A stretch of DNA of 64,000 nt, taken from Mobula hypostoma (taxonomy: Eukaryota). Within the stretch, counting starts at the first letter, position 1; the number at the start of each line of letters is the position of its first letter. The position numbers were made by a program, and so were the translations under genes. This document shows, one piece after another, positions 12,636 through 23,612 of this stretch. The stretch is from assembly GCF_963921235.1 (NCBI RefSeq), contig NC_086097.1, positions 242,794,001-242,858,000 on the forward strand. The letters are read 5' to 3'. Below the pieces are notes generated by a model, which searched no databases, was not told the origin of the DNA, and saw nothing but the letters and a program-made list of their open reading frames with translations.

Positions 12636-14147
12636 CCATAGAAACCATTAAAACCATAGAAACTACAGCACAGAAACAGGCCCTTTGGCCCTTCTTGGCT
12701 GTGCCGAACCATTTTCTGCCTAGTCCCACTGACCTGCACACGGACCATATCCCTCCATACACCTCCCATCCATGTATCTGTCCAATTTATTCTTAAATGT
12801 TAAAAAAGAACCCACATTTACCACCTCGTCTGGCAGCTCATTCCATACTCCCACCACTCTCTGTGTGAAGAAGCCCCCCCAATGTTCCCTTTAAACTTTT
12901 CCCCCCTCACCCTTAACCCATGTCCTCTGGTTTTTTTCTCCCCTTGTCTCAGCGGAAAAAGCCTGCTTGCATTCACTCTATCTATACCCATCATAATTTT
13001 ATATGCCTCTATCAAATCTCCCCTCATTCTTCTACGCTCCAGGGAATAAAGTCCTAATCTATTCAACCTTTCTCTGTAACTGAGTTTCTCAAGTCCCGGC
13101 AACATCCCTGTAAACCTTCTCTGCACTCTTTCAACCTTATTTATATCCTTCCTGTAATTTGGTGACCAAAACTGAACACAATACTCCAGATTCGGCCTCA
13201 CCAATGCTTTATACAACCTCATCATAACATTCTAGCTCTTATACTCAATACTTCGATTAGTAAAGGCCAATGTACCAAAAGCTCTCTTTACAACCCTATC
13301 TACCTGTGACGACACTTTTAGGGAATTTTGTATCTGTATTCCCAGATCCCTCTGTTCCACTGCACTCCTCAGTGCCTTACCATTAACCCTGTATGTTCTA
13401 CCTTGGTTTGTCCTTCCAACGTGCAATACCTCACACTTGTCAGTATTAAACTCCAACTGCCATTTTTCAGCCCATTTTTCCAGCTGGTCCAAGTCCCTCT
13501 GCAGGCTCTGAAAACCTTCCTCACTGTCTACTACACCTCCAATCTTTGTATCATCAGCAAACTTGCTGATCCAATTTACCACATTATCATCCAGATCATT
13601 GATATAGATGACAAATAACAATGGACCCAGCACTGATCCCTGTGGCACACCACTAGTCACAGGCCTCCACTCAGAGAAGCAATTCTCTACCACCACTCTC
13701 TGGCTTCTTCCATCGAGCCAATGTCTAATCCAATTTACCACCTCTCCATGTATACCTAGCGACTGAATTTTCCTAACTAACCTCCCATGCAGGACCTTGT
13801 CAAAGGCCTTACTGAAGTCCATGTAGACAATATCCACTGCCTTCCCTTCATCCACTTTCCTGGTAACCTCCTCGAAAAACTCCAACAGATTGGTCAAACA
13901 TGACCTACCACGCACAAAGCCATGTTGATTCTCCTTAATAAGCCCCTGTCTATCCAAATGCTTGTAGATTCTGTCTCTTAGTACTCCCTCCAATAACTTA
14001 CCTACCACCGACGTTAAACTCACTGGCCTATAATTTCCCGGATTACTTTTCGATCCTTTTTTAAACAACGGAACAACATGAGCCACTCTCCAATCCTCCG
14101 GCACTTCTCCCGTAGACAGCGGCATTTTAAATATTTCTGCCAGGGCC
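12636..14147 (-). mobile_element. Young 5'-truncated CR1 LINE with nearly intact RT domain
   Basis: ORFs 13232-14215 and 12818-13225: PGNYRPVSLTS, YMDFSKAFDKV, SGVPQGSVLGPLLF, KFADDTK; (TTTCTATGG)n tail; near-identical 3' copy at 63601-64000. Confidence 0.95.
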
Positions 14148-15075
14148 CCAGGCAGGAAGGCTCTACAATCGGTAGTCAAAACTGCCCAATGCCTTACCAG
14201 CACCAGGCTACGCACCAGCTAGGACATATATACAGAAAGGTGCTGGTAAAGGATTCCACACACCCTTCTCATGGACTGTTGGTCTCACTTCCATCAGGGA
14301 GGAGGCTACGATGTAACCATGTCATGACCACCATTCCCAAAAACAGTTTCTTTCCCAATGTGGTAAGGCTGGTCAATCCCTCCACCCGCTAACCCGCCCC
14401 ACCATATATCCAAACACCAGGACTTTATCATTTCCTGTTAGTCATCTTTGTGTGTAGACACTCCTGTGTGTAACGTCACTTTACGACCATACAATCTATA
14501 AGCTATCTAAAGTATTTATATTTATTATGTTCTTTTTCTTGTTTTGTTTGGACTGCATTGAATCTGGAATAACGATTATCTCATTGTCTTTTACACTTGT
14601 ATACTGGAAATGACATTAAATAATCTTGAATCCTGAATCTTGAAAATTACATCTGCATTACTTTGTAGTAAGGATTGTGCAGAGCTGTACTCCACTGTGA
14701 GAAAATTATATTACCACGCAAACTCAGTGCAGATTGAGGCTATGTAAGATAGACGTGGTCCTAGCACAGAAACAGGCCCTTCAGCCTATCTAATTCATGG
14801 CAAACTATTAATCTGCCTAGTCCCATCAAACTGCACCTGGTCCATAACCCTCCATATCCCTCCCAACTTCCGTCCAAATTTCCCCTAAATGTTGAAATCG
14901 AACCCGCATCCACTACTCCCACTGGCAGCTCAATCCACACTCTCAGCACGCTATGAGTGAAGATTCCCCTTAAAGATTTCACCCTTTACCCTTAACCCAT
15001 GACCTCTAGTTCTAGTCTCACACACCCTCAGTAGAAAAAGCATTTACCCCATCTACACACCAGATAATTTTATAT

Positions 15076-16405
15076 CATCATCATCATCATCATCATCAGG
15101 TGCCATGCCCAGTTTGAGCTTTGACTGCCATGGCCCACACACTCCTGTTTCGAGTCAAGTGGATCAAATCATTGGTATTCATTTCCAGTTCTCTGGTCTT
15201 CGTCTCCATTATCATTTGTCTTTGTCTTCCTCTTGCTTTCTTCCCTTCAATCTTTCCCATAATCACCATGCATTCTAACTCCTCTTTCCTAATCACATGT
15301 CTAATGAAGTTATGTTGCCTTTTCATGATCTCATACATTATTTCCCTTTTTGTGTTTGCTCTGTTCATGACATCCTTGTTAGATATTCGTTTCGTCCATG
15401 ATATTCTTTGCATCCTCAGCAAAAACCACATCACTGCTGCTACAATTTGTTTCCTCATGTTACTAGATATTGTCCAACATTCTGAGCCATATAACATACC
15501 TGGATAAACGTAACATTTCAGTGCTCTGAGGTGGGTTGTCATGCCTAGTTTAGTATTGGTCTTCATTCTAGCAAAGGTGTCTTTTGCCATCCCTATTTTT
15601 CTTTTGAAGTCCAAGTCGCACCTGCCATCTGATGTACCCGGCTTCCTAAGTAGCAAAAGTTCTGTACTTGTTTTACGTCCTCCCCATTTATTCTCAGCCT
15701 GCAGATAGGATTTTCCTTCTTTTTGGATATCACCATACATTCTGTCTTTTTGCAATTGATAGATAAACCCATTTTTGCACTTTCTTCAACAACTGTATCA
15801 ATTAAGTTTTGTAGTTCTTCCTCCGTACTTGCAATTAACACAGTGTCATCCGCATATCTGAAATCATCGATGTTTTCACCACCAACTTTGATTCCCAAGA
15901 TGTCTCTTATTTTTTGTAATATTGTTTCACTGTACACATTAAATAAATCAGGGGAGAAAACATACCCTTGTCTAACGTCTCTCTTGATTTTCGTAAACTG
16001 ACTCACTTCTCCATCTATTCTTACAGTGCCAGTTTGTTCCCAGCACAGATTTCTGATTAGGTGGAGGTCTTTCAAATCTAGATCTAGAGTTTTCTGTAAT
16101 ATTTCAAATAACTTATTGTGCTTCACTTTATCAAATGCTTTTGTGTAGTTGATAAAACAAACAAACAAATCTTTTTGTACTTGAATAGCACATTCTGATA
16201 GTATCCTTAACATCAATATTGCGTTTCTTGTATGTTTGTCTTTCACAAAACCACATTGTTCTTTGCCTATTTCAGCTTGTATCTTACTTTTAGCTCTTGT
16301 CATCAAAATTCTTAGAAGTATCTTGGTGATATGACTCATTAAACTTATGGTTCTATGTAATTCACATTCTATTGCTCCAGCTTTCTTAGGAAGAGTGATA
16401 AATAC
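15076..16405 (-). mobile_element. RTE-clade (BovB-like) LINE, 5'-truncated, inserted into a CR1 fragment (14760-15075 / 16406-16465)
   Basis: HRTISLMSHITKILLRIL, RQGYVFSPDLFNVYSE, RYADDTVL, IMGKIEGKKARGRQR; (GAT)n tail at 15076-15097; flanks resemble an aattttatat duplication. Confidence 0.9.
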
Positions 16406-16667
16406 TAATTTTTTATATACCTCTATCAAATATCCCCTCATTCTCCTACGCTCCAGGGAATAAACTCCTTTCCAATAGTTTTATTAGTTTCTACATAGAA
16501 GAATACAGAGTACAAGAAAGTATACTGTATATAAAAGGTCAAAAAAGATTTTAAAAACTACCAATTACATTATATTTATTCATAATAACAATCTCATTAC
16601 CCCATATTCATGTATGTTAATCAATAGTTATATTGAAAGCAACACTCATAACAATATATTGAAATAT

Positions 16668-16953
16668 TGTAGCGGTGCGCTCCACACAGTGCTAGAATAA
16701 CCACACGGAGTCGGTGAGTTAGTGTTGCGATGAAAGAGGTTTATTCAAACTTCGCGGCCTGCTTTAAAGCCTTCCTGTTCCCGCCCTCCCTGGGGCGGGA
16801 CTGCTGTGGGGAATGTATATTCCCAGACCCTTTCCGCGCGCGGGATTTTCTCCCTGCTGGTGAAGATGGTCTGGCGCCCTTTCTGGGGCCGGCCCCCTGC
16901 CCGCGCGTGCTGTTGTGAGCCGGTTCGTGGGTGCTAGAAAGTGGGTCGCCACA
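16668..16953 (-). repeat. 3' LTR (286 bp)
   Basis: TGTAGC...GCCACA; about 23 differences from the 5' LTR by manual count; preceded on the minus strand by PPT CTGGGGGGGGGGGGTTA. Confidence 0.95.
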
Positions 16954-19900
16954 TAACCCCCCCCCCCCAGAACTGGTGATACCTCCCCCAATGTCCACAG
17001 TCTGGATCGGCCTCTGTTTGGGAGGTCTGCCCCTGCGCCGCGGTGCCTGAGCCTGGACCGGTTGCACCAAGTCCACATGGGCCGGTTTGAGTCGGTCCAC
17101 CGTGAATACCTCCTCTCTCCCCCCAATGTCCAGCACGAATGTGGACCCGTTGTTCCTGATCACCTTAAATGTCCCCTCGTAGGGCCGCTGTAGCGGTGCC
17201 CGGTGTCCGCCCCGTCGTACAAAAAGAAACTTACAGTTCTGCAGGTCTTTGGGTACGCAGGTCGGGCTCTGTCCGTGCTGTGAAGTGGAGATGGGGGCCA
17301 GGTTACCGAGCCTCTCCCGTAGTCTGTCCAGGACTGCTATGGGTTCTTCCTCTTGCCCCCTTGGGGCTGGTATGAACTCTCCTGGGATGACCAGGGGTGC
17401 GCTGTACACCAACTCGGCCGACGAGGTGTGTAGATCCTCTTTGGGCGCCGTGCGGATTCCGAGCAGGACCCAGGGAAGCTCGTCCACCCAGTTAGGCCCC
17501 TCCAGGCGGGCCATGAGAGCCGACTTCAGCTGACGGTGGAAACGCTCCACTAGTCCGCTCGACTGTGGGTGGTAGGCAGTTGTGTGGTGTAGCTGAGATC
17601 CTAAAAGGTTAGCCATAGCCGACCACAGGCTGGAGGTGAACTGGGCGCCCCTGTCGGAGGTAATGTGGGCCGATACCCCGAAGCGGGCTACCCAGGTTGC
17701 GATCAGTGCTCGGGCGCAGGATTCGGAGGTGATGTCGCTGAGCGGGACTGCCTCTGGCCATCTGGTGAACCGATCTATCACAGTTAGGAGGTACCGCACT
17801 CCTCGTGACTCTGGCAGGGGCCCCACGATATCCACATGGATGTGGTCGAACCTCCGGCGGGTGAGTTCGAACCGCTGCGGCGGAGCCTTGGTGTGCCACT
17901 GCACCTTGGCCGTTTGGCACTGCATGCATGTTTTGGCCCATTCACTGACCTGCTTACGAAGCCCATGCCACACGAACCTGTTGGCGACCAGCCGGATGGT
18001 TGTCCTGATGGAGGGGTGCGCTACGTTGTGAATGGACTCGAAAACCCACCGGCGCCAGGCTGCTGGGACGACGGGGCGGGGTTGGCCGGTAGCTACGTCA
18101 CATAGTAGGGTCCTCTCACCTGGGCCTACGGGGAGGCCTTGGAGCTGCAAACCGGAGACTGCAGTCCTGTAACTGGGGATCTCAGCGTCTGCCTGCTGTG
18201 CCTCTGCCAGCGCTGCATAGTCCACCCCCTGGGACAGGGCCTGTATGGTAGGTCTGGAAAGTGCGCCTGCCACGACATTGTTCTTTCCAGAGACATGCCG
18301 GATGTCCGTCGTGTACTCGGAGATGTAGGACAGATGTCACTGCTGGCGGAACGACCAGGGTTCGGACACCTTAGTGAACGCAAAGGTAAGTGGTTTGTGG
18401 TCTGTGAACGCGGTGAAGGGCCTACCTTCTAAGAAGTACCTGAAATGCCGGATTGCCAGGTATAGTACCAATAGCTCCCAGTCGAAAGCACTGTATTTGA
18501 GTTCGGGTGGTCGTAGGTGTTTGCTGAAGAACGCCAGGGGTTGCCAGCGACCCTCAATGAGTTGTTCCAGCACTCCATCGACCGCTGTGTTGGATGCGTC
18601 CACCGTGAGGGCAGTAGGAACGTCCGTTCTGGGGTGCACTAGCATCACGGCGTTTGCCAAGGCTTCTTTGGTTTTAACGAAAGCGGTTGCAGCCTCTTCG
18701 TCCCAGGTAATGTCCTTGCCCTTACCCGACATTGAAGTGAACAGGGGGCGCATGGTTCGGGCTGCTGAGTGGAGGAAACGGTGGTAGAAATTCACCATAC
18801 CCACGAATTCCTGCAAGCCTTTGATTGTGTTGGGTCGGGGGAAGTTGCGGACCGCGTCTACCTTGGCGGGCAGCGGGGTTGCCCCGTCTTTAGTAATCCT
18901 GTGGCCCAGGAAGTCGATGGTGTTGAGTCCGAACTGGCATTTGGCTGGATTGATTGTAAGGCCGAATTCACTCAGGCGGGAGTAGAGCTGGCGGAGGTGG
19001 GACAGATGCTCCTGCCGACTACTGCTGGCTATGAGGATGTCATCCAAATAGATGAATGCAAAGTCCAGGTCGCGTCCCACTGCGTCCATTAGCTGCTGGA
19101 AAGTCTGTGCGGCATTCTTTAGACCAAATGGCATTCGGAGGAATTCGAAAAGTCCGAACGGGGTGATAAGTGCTGTTTTGGGGATGTCGTCCGGATGTAC
19201 AGGGATTTGATGGTATCCCCGGACGAGGTCTACCTTGGAAAAGATCCTTGCGCCGTGTAGGTTTGCTGCGAAGTCTTGAATGTGCGGCACAGGGTAACGG
19301 TCTGGCGTTGTAGCCTCGTTCAGTCTGCGGTAGTCACCGCATGGTCTCCAGCCCCCCGTTGCCTTGGGCACCATGTGAAGGGGGGAGGCCCATGGGCTGT
19401 CGGACTGTCATATGATCCCCAATTCCTCCATCTTCTTGAACTCCTCCTTTGCCAGTCGGAGCTTGTCCGGGGAAAGCCTTCGAGCACGGGCTTGGAGGGG
19501 TGGTCCCTGGGTCGGGATGTGGTGCTGTACTCCGTGTCTGGGCATGGCTGCCGTGAACTGCGGTGTCAGTACTGATGGGAAATCCGCCAGGACCCTGGTG
19601 AATTCATCGTCGGACAGCGTGATGGAGTCCAGGTGTGGGGCTGGCAACTGTGCTTCACCCAGGGAGAACGTTTGAAAAGTCTTGGCGTGGACTAATCGCT
19701 TCCCTTGCAGTTCGACCAGCAGGCTGTGGGCTCGTAGAAAATCTGCCCCCAGGAGTGGTTGGGCCACGGTGGCCAGTGTGAAGTCCCACGTGAACCAGCT
19801 GGAGCTGAACTGTAGCCGCACCGTGCGGGTGCCGTAGGTTCGTATTGTGCTGCCATTTGCGGCCCTCAGGGTGGGTCCCGGTTCTCTGTTGCGGGTGTCG

Positions 19901-20040
19901 TAACTCAGTGGAGGTAAGACGCTGATCTCCGCTCCGGTGTCGACCAAAAAGCGGCATCCCGACTGCTTGTCCCAGACATACAGGAGGCTGTCCTGATGGC
20001 CAGCCGCCGTAGCCATCAGCGGCGGCTGGCCCTGGCGTTT
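16741..20040 (-). pseudogene. pol: pol (protease, RT, RNase H, integrase) in the -1 frame to gag, with two in-frame TGA stops
   Basis: FLVDTGAEISV (PR), YLDD (RT), LTVDASNTA (RH), HNVAH...CMQC plus DIVG/SDRGAQF/VERFH (IN) and GPY-like RPYEG; ORFs 19408-20106, 18337-19374 and 16741-18273 share one frame. Confidence 0.92.
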
Positions 20041-20043
20041 CCC
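19998..20043 (-). promoter_or_regulatory. -1 programmed ribosomal frameshift signal (G GGA AAC plus stem-loop)
   Basis: Slippery heptamer at 20037-20043 in the gag frame, 5-nt spacer, perfect 12-bp stem GGCCAGCCGCCG/CGGCGGCTGGCC with a 10-nt loop. Confidence 0.8.
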
Positions 20044-20720
20044 GGGAATTTGCAGGGTGGTCTGCAGCGGCGGGCCTCTGTGCCCCACCGCTGGTGGTAG
20101 AAACACCGTTGTTCATTGGGCTCCTCACTCCCGTCGCCGGGTTTTGTAGACTCTGCTGCCGGGCCTGGTCTGGTCTGTCGTTGGGCACGCGGCTTGGTGA
20201 TCTGTGCGACAGATGCCCCTCTCTCCTTCCTGGCATTCCAAAGCACATCTGCCCGGGCCACCACCTCCCGGGGGTTGCTGAGATCTGCGTCGGACAGCAG
20301 CAGGCGTATGTCCTTGGGCAGTTGCTCTAGGAATGCCTGCTCAAACATGAGGCAGGGTTTGTGTCCTTCAGCCAGGGCCAGCATCTCGTTCATTAATGCT
20401 GACGGCGGCCTGTCTCCCAAACCATCCAGGTGCATTAAGCGGCGTGCTCGTTCGCGGCGTGAGAGTCCGAACGTCCTTATGAGCAGGGTTTTGAATGCCG
20501 TGTATTTGCCGTCCTCCGGGGGCGACTGTATAAACTCCTCAACTTGTGCAGCTGTCTCCTAGTCGAGGGAGCTCAGCACGTAGTAGTAGCGAGTGGACTC
20601 CGAGGTTATCTGCCGAATGTGGAATTGAGCTTCTGCTTGTTCGAACCATAATTGGGGTCGCAGCGTCCAGAAGCTTGGCAGTTTTAACGAAACTGCGTGA
20701 ACAGATGCAGCGTCGGTCAT
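20016..20720 (-). pseudogene. gag: gag (one premature TAG at 20559-20561)
   Basis: MTDAASVHAVSLKLPSFWTLRPQLWFEQAEAQF...; C-terminal CHCC knuckle CFYHQRWGTEARRCRPPC. Confidence 0.88.
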
Positions 20721-20744
20721 CTCTGGTCCAAATATCGTTTGGGC

Positions 20745-20758
20745 CGTCGGGGTCACCA
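20745..20758 (-). promoter_or_regulatory. Primer binding site complementary to tRNA-Trp 3' end
   Basis: TGGTGACCCCGACG, 2 nt after the 5' LTR; complementary to ...CGUCGGGGUCACCA of vertebrate tRNA-Trp. Confidence 0.85.
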
Positions 20759-20760
20759 AT

Positions 20761-21045
20761 TGTAGCGATGTGCTACACACAGCGCTAGAATAACCACACG
20801 GAGTCAGTGAGTTAGAGTTGTGATGAAAGAGATCTATTCAAACTTCGCAGCCTGCTTTAAAGCCTTCCCGTTCCCGCCCTCCCTGGGCGTGACTGCTGTG
20901 GGGAATGTATATTCCCAGACCCTTTCTGCGAGCGGGATTTTCCCCCTGCTGGTGAAGATGGCCTGGCCCCCTTTCTGGGGCCGGCCCTCTGCCTGCGCGC
21001 GCTGTTGTGAGCCGGTTCGTGTGTGCCAGAAAGTGGGTCGCCACA
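20761..21045 (-). repeat. 5' LTR (285 bp)
   Basis: Direct repeat of 16668-16953. Confidence 0.95.
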
Positions 21046-21269
21046 ATATACTAATTCATTACAAAAAAAAGAGTCTAAACCCTACCAAGACCGAACCTGT
21101 TTATTAAGGAGAAAAAAAGGTAAAATACCTTCTCATATAATAAAAAATAATAATAGCCAACATCTGAATTTAAACAACGAATTGAAGGTTTTGAAAATAA
21201 TTCAGAAAAGGTCCCCACAAAGTTTTTATTCAAATATATCTCCCTACTGTGACAGAAGTCATCTTTAAT

Positions 21270-21405
21270 GTGAGAGGAAATCAGAGCCCCCGGGGGAAAC
21301 CCAGGAGAATATACAAACTCCTTACAGACAGGGCGGAAATCCAATCCGATTGGCAATCCCTGGTGCTATAAAACAATTGAGGTAACTGCTGTGATACCAT
21401 TCCAC
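21270..21405 (-). mobile_element. HE1/V-SINE-type SINE 5' fragment
   Basis: ctgtctgtaaggagtttgtatattctcc...gggtttcccccgggggctctgatttcctctcaca. Confidence 0.65.
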
Positions 21406-21429
21406 CCCAATCTTATAGCAAAATATAAC

Positions 21430-22359
21430 AAATGCGATAGAAATCAAGAAATGTTGTATGTGGCGTGTATAGGCTGTGGGGCTTGTGCTGGAGAGTGGCG
21501 AATGAGCCAACGTTTGGCCATTGCTGGAGCACATTTGGAGCCGATTCGATGCGGCATAACTGAGGCGAGGCAGAGTCAAGACGGGGCCAGGAAAGATCCA
21601 AGGTTTGATCGTTTTAAGCGCCAGGCTGAATTGGATGGGTTGGGTGCGAGCCGAACTGAGGTGGCTGGGCACTGGGCTGAGTGCACATGGAAATGGCAGG
21701 GAGGGCCCGGTCCAGAAGTGAGGAGTCACTCGAGGTTTGGACAAATGAAGTGGTGGGCCAGATTTGAAAGGTCAGGGAGTTGGGACTGGAGGCACAGCCT
21801 GGGCCAGTTCTGCTTGCTGCCTCACTTGGTGAGTGAACAGACGCGGAGCCAGGCATTGTCGCAGCCACAGCAGACCACAGCCTCAGTTCAGCACAGAGCC
21901 AAGCATATCCCTCTTGATGGCAAAATTATGCGTGAAAAAGCACTTAGCCTCTATGAGCACTACTGTGAAGGGGTTGAGGAGAGCGAGAGGAAGGAGTTTA
22001 AGGCTAGAAAGGGATGGCTGGCTAGCTATGTAAAATGCTACAGCCTCAAGAACTTAAAGATCACGGGAGAATCGGCGTCGGCTGTTGCCGAGGCAGCATC
22101 AGCGTTCCCAGAAGAGCTCAAGAAACTCTTATCATTATTCCCTAAACAATACAGTATAACAACTATTTACGTAACATTTACAGTGTATTAGGTATTACAG
22201 AATAAGTAATCTAGTGATGATTTAAAGTATACAGGAGGATGTGCATAGGTTATATGCAAATACTACGCCATTTTATATAAGGGACCTGAGCATCCGTGGA
22301 TTTTGGTATCCGAGGGAGGTCCTGGAAACAATCCCCCCGCGGATACCGAGGGACGACTG
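21430..22359 (+). mobile_element. Tigger/pogo (Tc1-mariner) DNA transposon, internally deleted, with CENP-B-type HTH remnant and right TIR
   Basis: IPLDGKIMREKALSLY...EFKARKGWLASYVKCYSLKNLKITGESASA (~21905-22125); TIR ...GGATACCGAGGGACGACTG followed by TA; left TIR not found and left boundary uncertain. Confidence 0.85.
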
Positions 22360-23086
22360 TACACAAGTGTGAGCATTTTTCCGCTCTTTCCAATGGGTAC
22401 CATTGGATTCCAGCTAGGAGCTATATTAAGCAAGGAATGAACATCGAAACCTAAGGTTAAAAGTCGAAAATAATGAAAGAAAAATTCACTGCTGGCTTAT
22501 CTTCGGCCTGATTTTGATGAAATATTCAACGTAATCAGCCAAAATTCTCTTCTACAGTCACATGAACTTGATAATAACAACAACACACTCAAGAATTCTC
22601 ATAAATCATGTATCAACACTTAGGTTTGTTAAACTACACGGACCTCCTCTAGTTCAGTGGAATCCTGAGCTGTATGTCACATCATGGCTGCGGTACCACA
22701 GATCAGCAGATGACACCAGGACAAGAGTTGCTTCAGACCCCCGAACACATATTACACCTGACCCTTTGTGGAAATGATTGTGAAACTTCTCATTGGTGGC
22801 ATTTGGTAAGTAGGTAATTACTTTTAAATTGATAAAATACATGATTACTGTCTTTTTCTTCACTTGCTTGATAATTATATTTTATGATAATTAGTGAGTG
22901 CAAACATGGAATACTTTGTCATGTTATTACATATTATTATATGTTTTATTGTACCAGTTATGCACTGAAATGTAGTGATAGATTACAATCTTGTTAATGT
23001 CTTAACTATTACTATATTTCTGTGGAGCTCTGGAATTCATATATTTCTTTCATATTGGTTTAGTGCTTGACATTGTAAGAAGCCCT

Positions 23087-23088
23087 AT

Positions 23089-23168
<80 letters not shown>
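23087..23168. repeat. Compound microsatellite (TC)n(CA)n(TA)n
   Basis: Directly visible. Confidence 0.98.
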
Positions 23169-23262
23169 GTCACACCCAATTTGTGTACCTGCTCATTACA
23201 TGAGTGGGGCAAGGAAGTTGCCCAGTACATGAAATGAGCAGGCACACAAATTGGGGGTGACA
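23168..23262. repeat. 95-bp foldback palindrome (MITE-like) flanked by TA repeats
   Basis: TGTCACACCCAATTTGTGTACCTGCTCATTACATG...GGGCAA is the reverse complement of TTGCCC...CATGAAATGAGCAGGCACACAAATTGGGGGTGACA with few mismatches; 5-nt loop. Confidence 0.85.
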
Positions 23263-23304
23263 TATATAGAGAGGATATAGGAAATGGCAAGCATTTTGTC
23301 AACT

Positions 23305-23556
23305 CTGGCACCTAAAACATTAGCACTGCACCCCTGGGCGAGAGGTCCCGAGTTCGAATCCGGCCGCATTCTCTCCACGCTCTCCATCCATGCCTGGGTT
23401 GAGTGTCGAGCTAACAACTCGACCTCGTAAAAAAAAACCTGGAGAGGGATGGTCTCCGCCAGGTTTCAGATACCCAAGATACGCCGTACAATGAGCATAC
23501 CAAAAGCTTGTCATGACGGCGCCCGACAACTCCACCAGGAGTTAAGGGCGCGCGTG

Positions 23557-23600
<44 letters not shown>

Positions 23601-23612
23601 CACTCACACACT
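23305..23612 (+). mobile_element. tRNA-derived SINE with (CG)/(CA)n tail
   Basis: B-box GAGTTCGAATCC at ~23350, body, microsatellite tail at 23548-23612. Confidence 0.65.

Larger units (their letters stand above)
11660..14640 (+). mobile_element. Rex1/Babar-like LINE split into three pieces (11660-11860, 12570-12635, 14148-14640) by Penelope-like and CR1 insertions
   Basis: VKFANDTTMVGLITNNDE (RT FADD region), then VKSILTCCISAWYRNCS, then LPSGRRLRC...KNSFFPNVVRLVN and (CTTGAAT)n tail. Confidence 0.75.
16668..21045 (-). mobile_element. Full-length Ty3/Gypsy LTR retrotransposon, CsRn1-clade-like
   Basis: Two TG...CA LTRs (16668-16953, 20761-21045), 4-bp TSD ATAT on both sides, PBS TGGTGACCCCGACG, G-rich PPT, domain order gag-PR-RT-RH-IN. 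Confidence 0.97.

Noticed and set aside
19998..20031. Classical H-type pseudoknot at the frameshift site
   Set aside because: The loop pairing partner directly abuts and overlaps stem 1, leaving no connecting loop; better read as alternative hairpins
17169..20788. Many plus-strand ORFs across the Gypsy provirus
   Set aside because: Antisense shadows of GC-rich gag/pol
21391..22191. 266-aa ORF as a domesticated TIGD/CENP-B gene
   Set aside because: Non-ATG start within a SINE remnant, only the HTH part is transposase-like, no DDE domain, and it runs into the terminal non-coding region
22650..22810. Possible plus-strand exon ending in TTG|GTAAGT
   Set aside because: Weak acceptor, no partner exon and no recognisable protein
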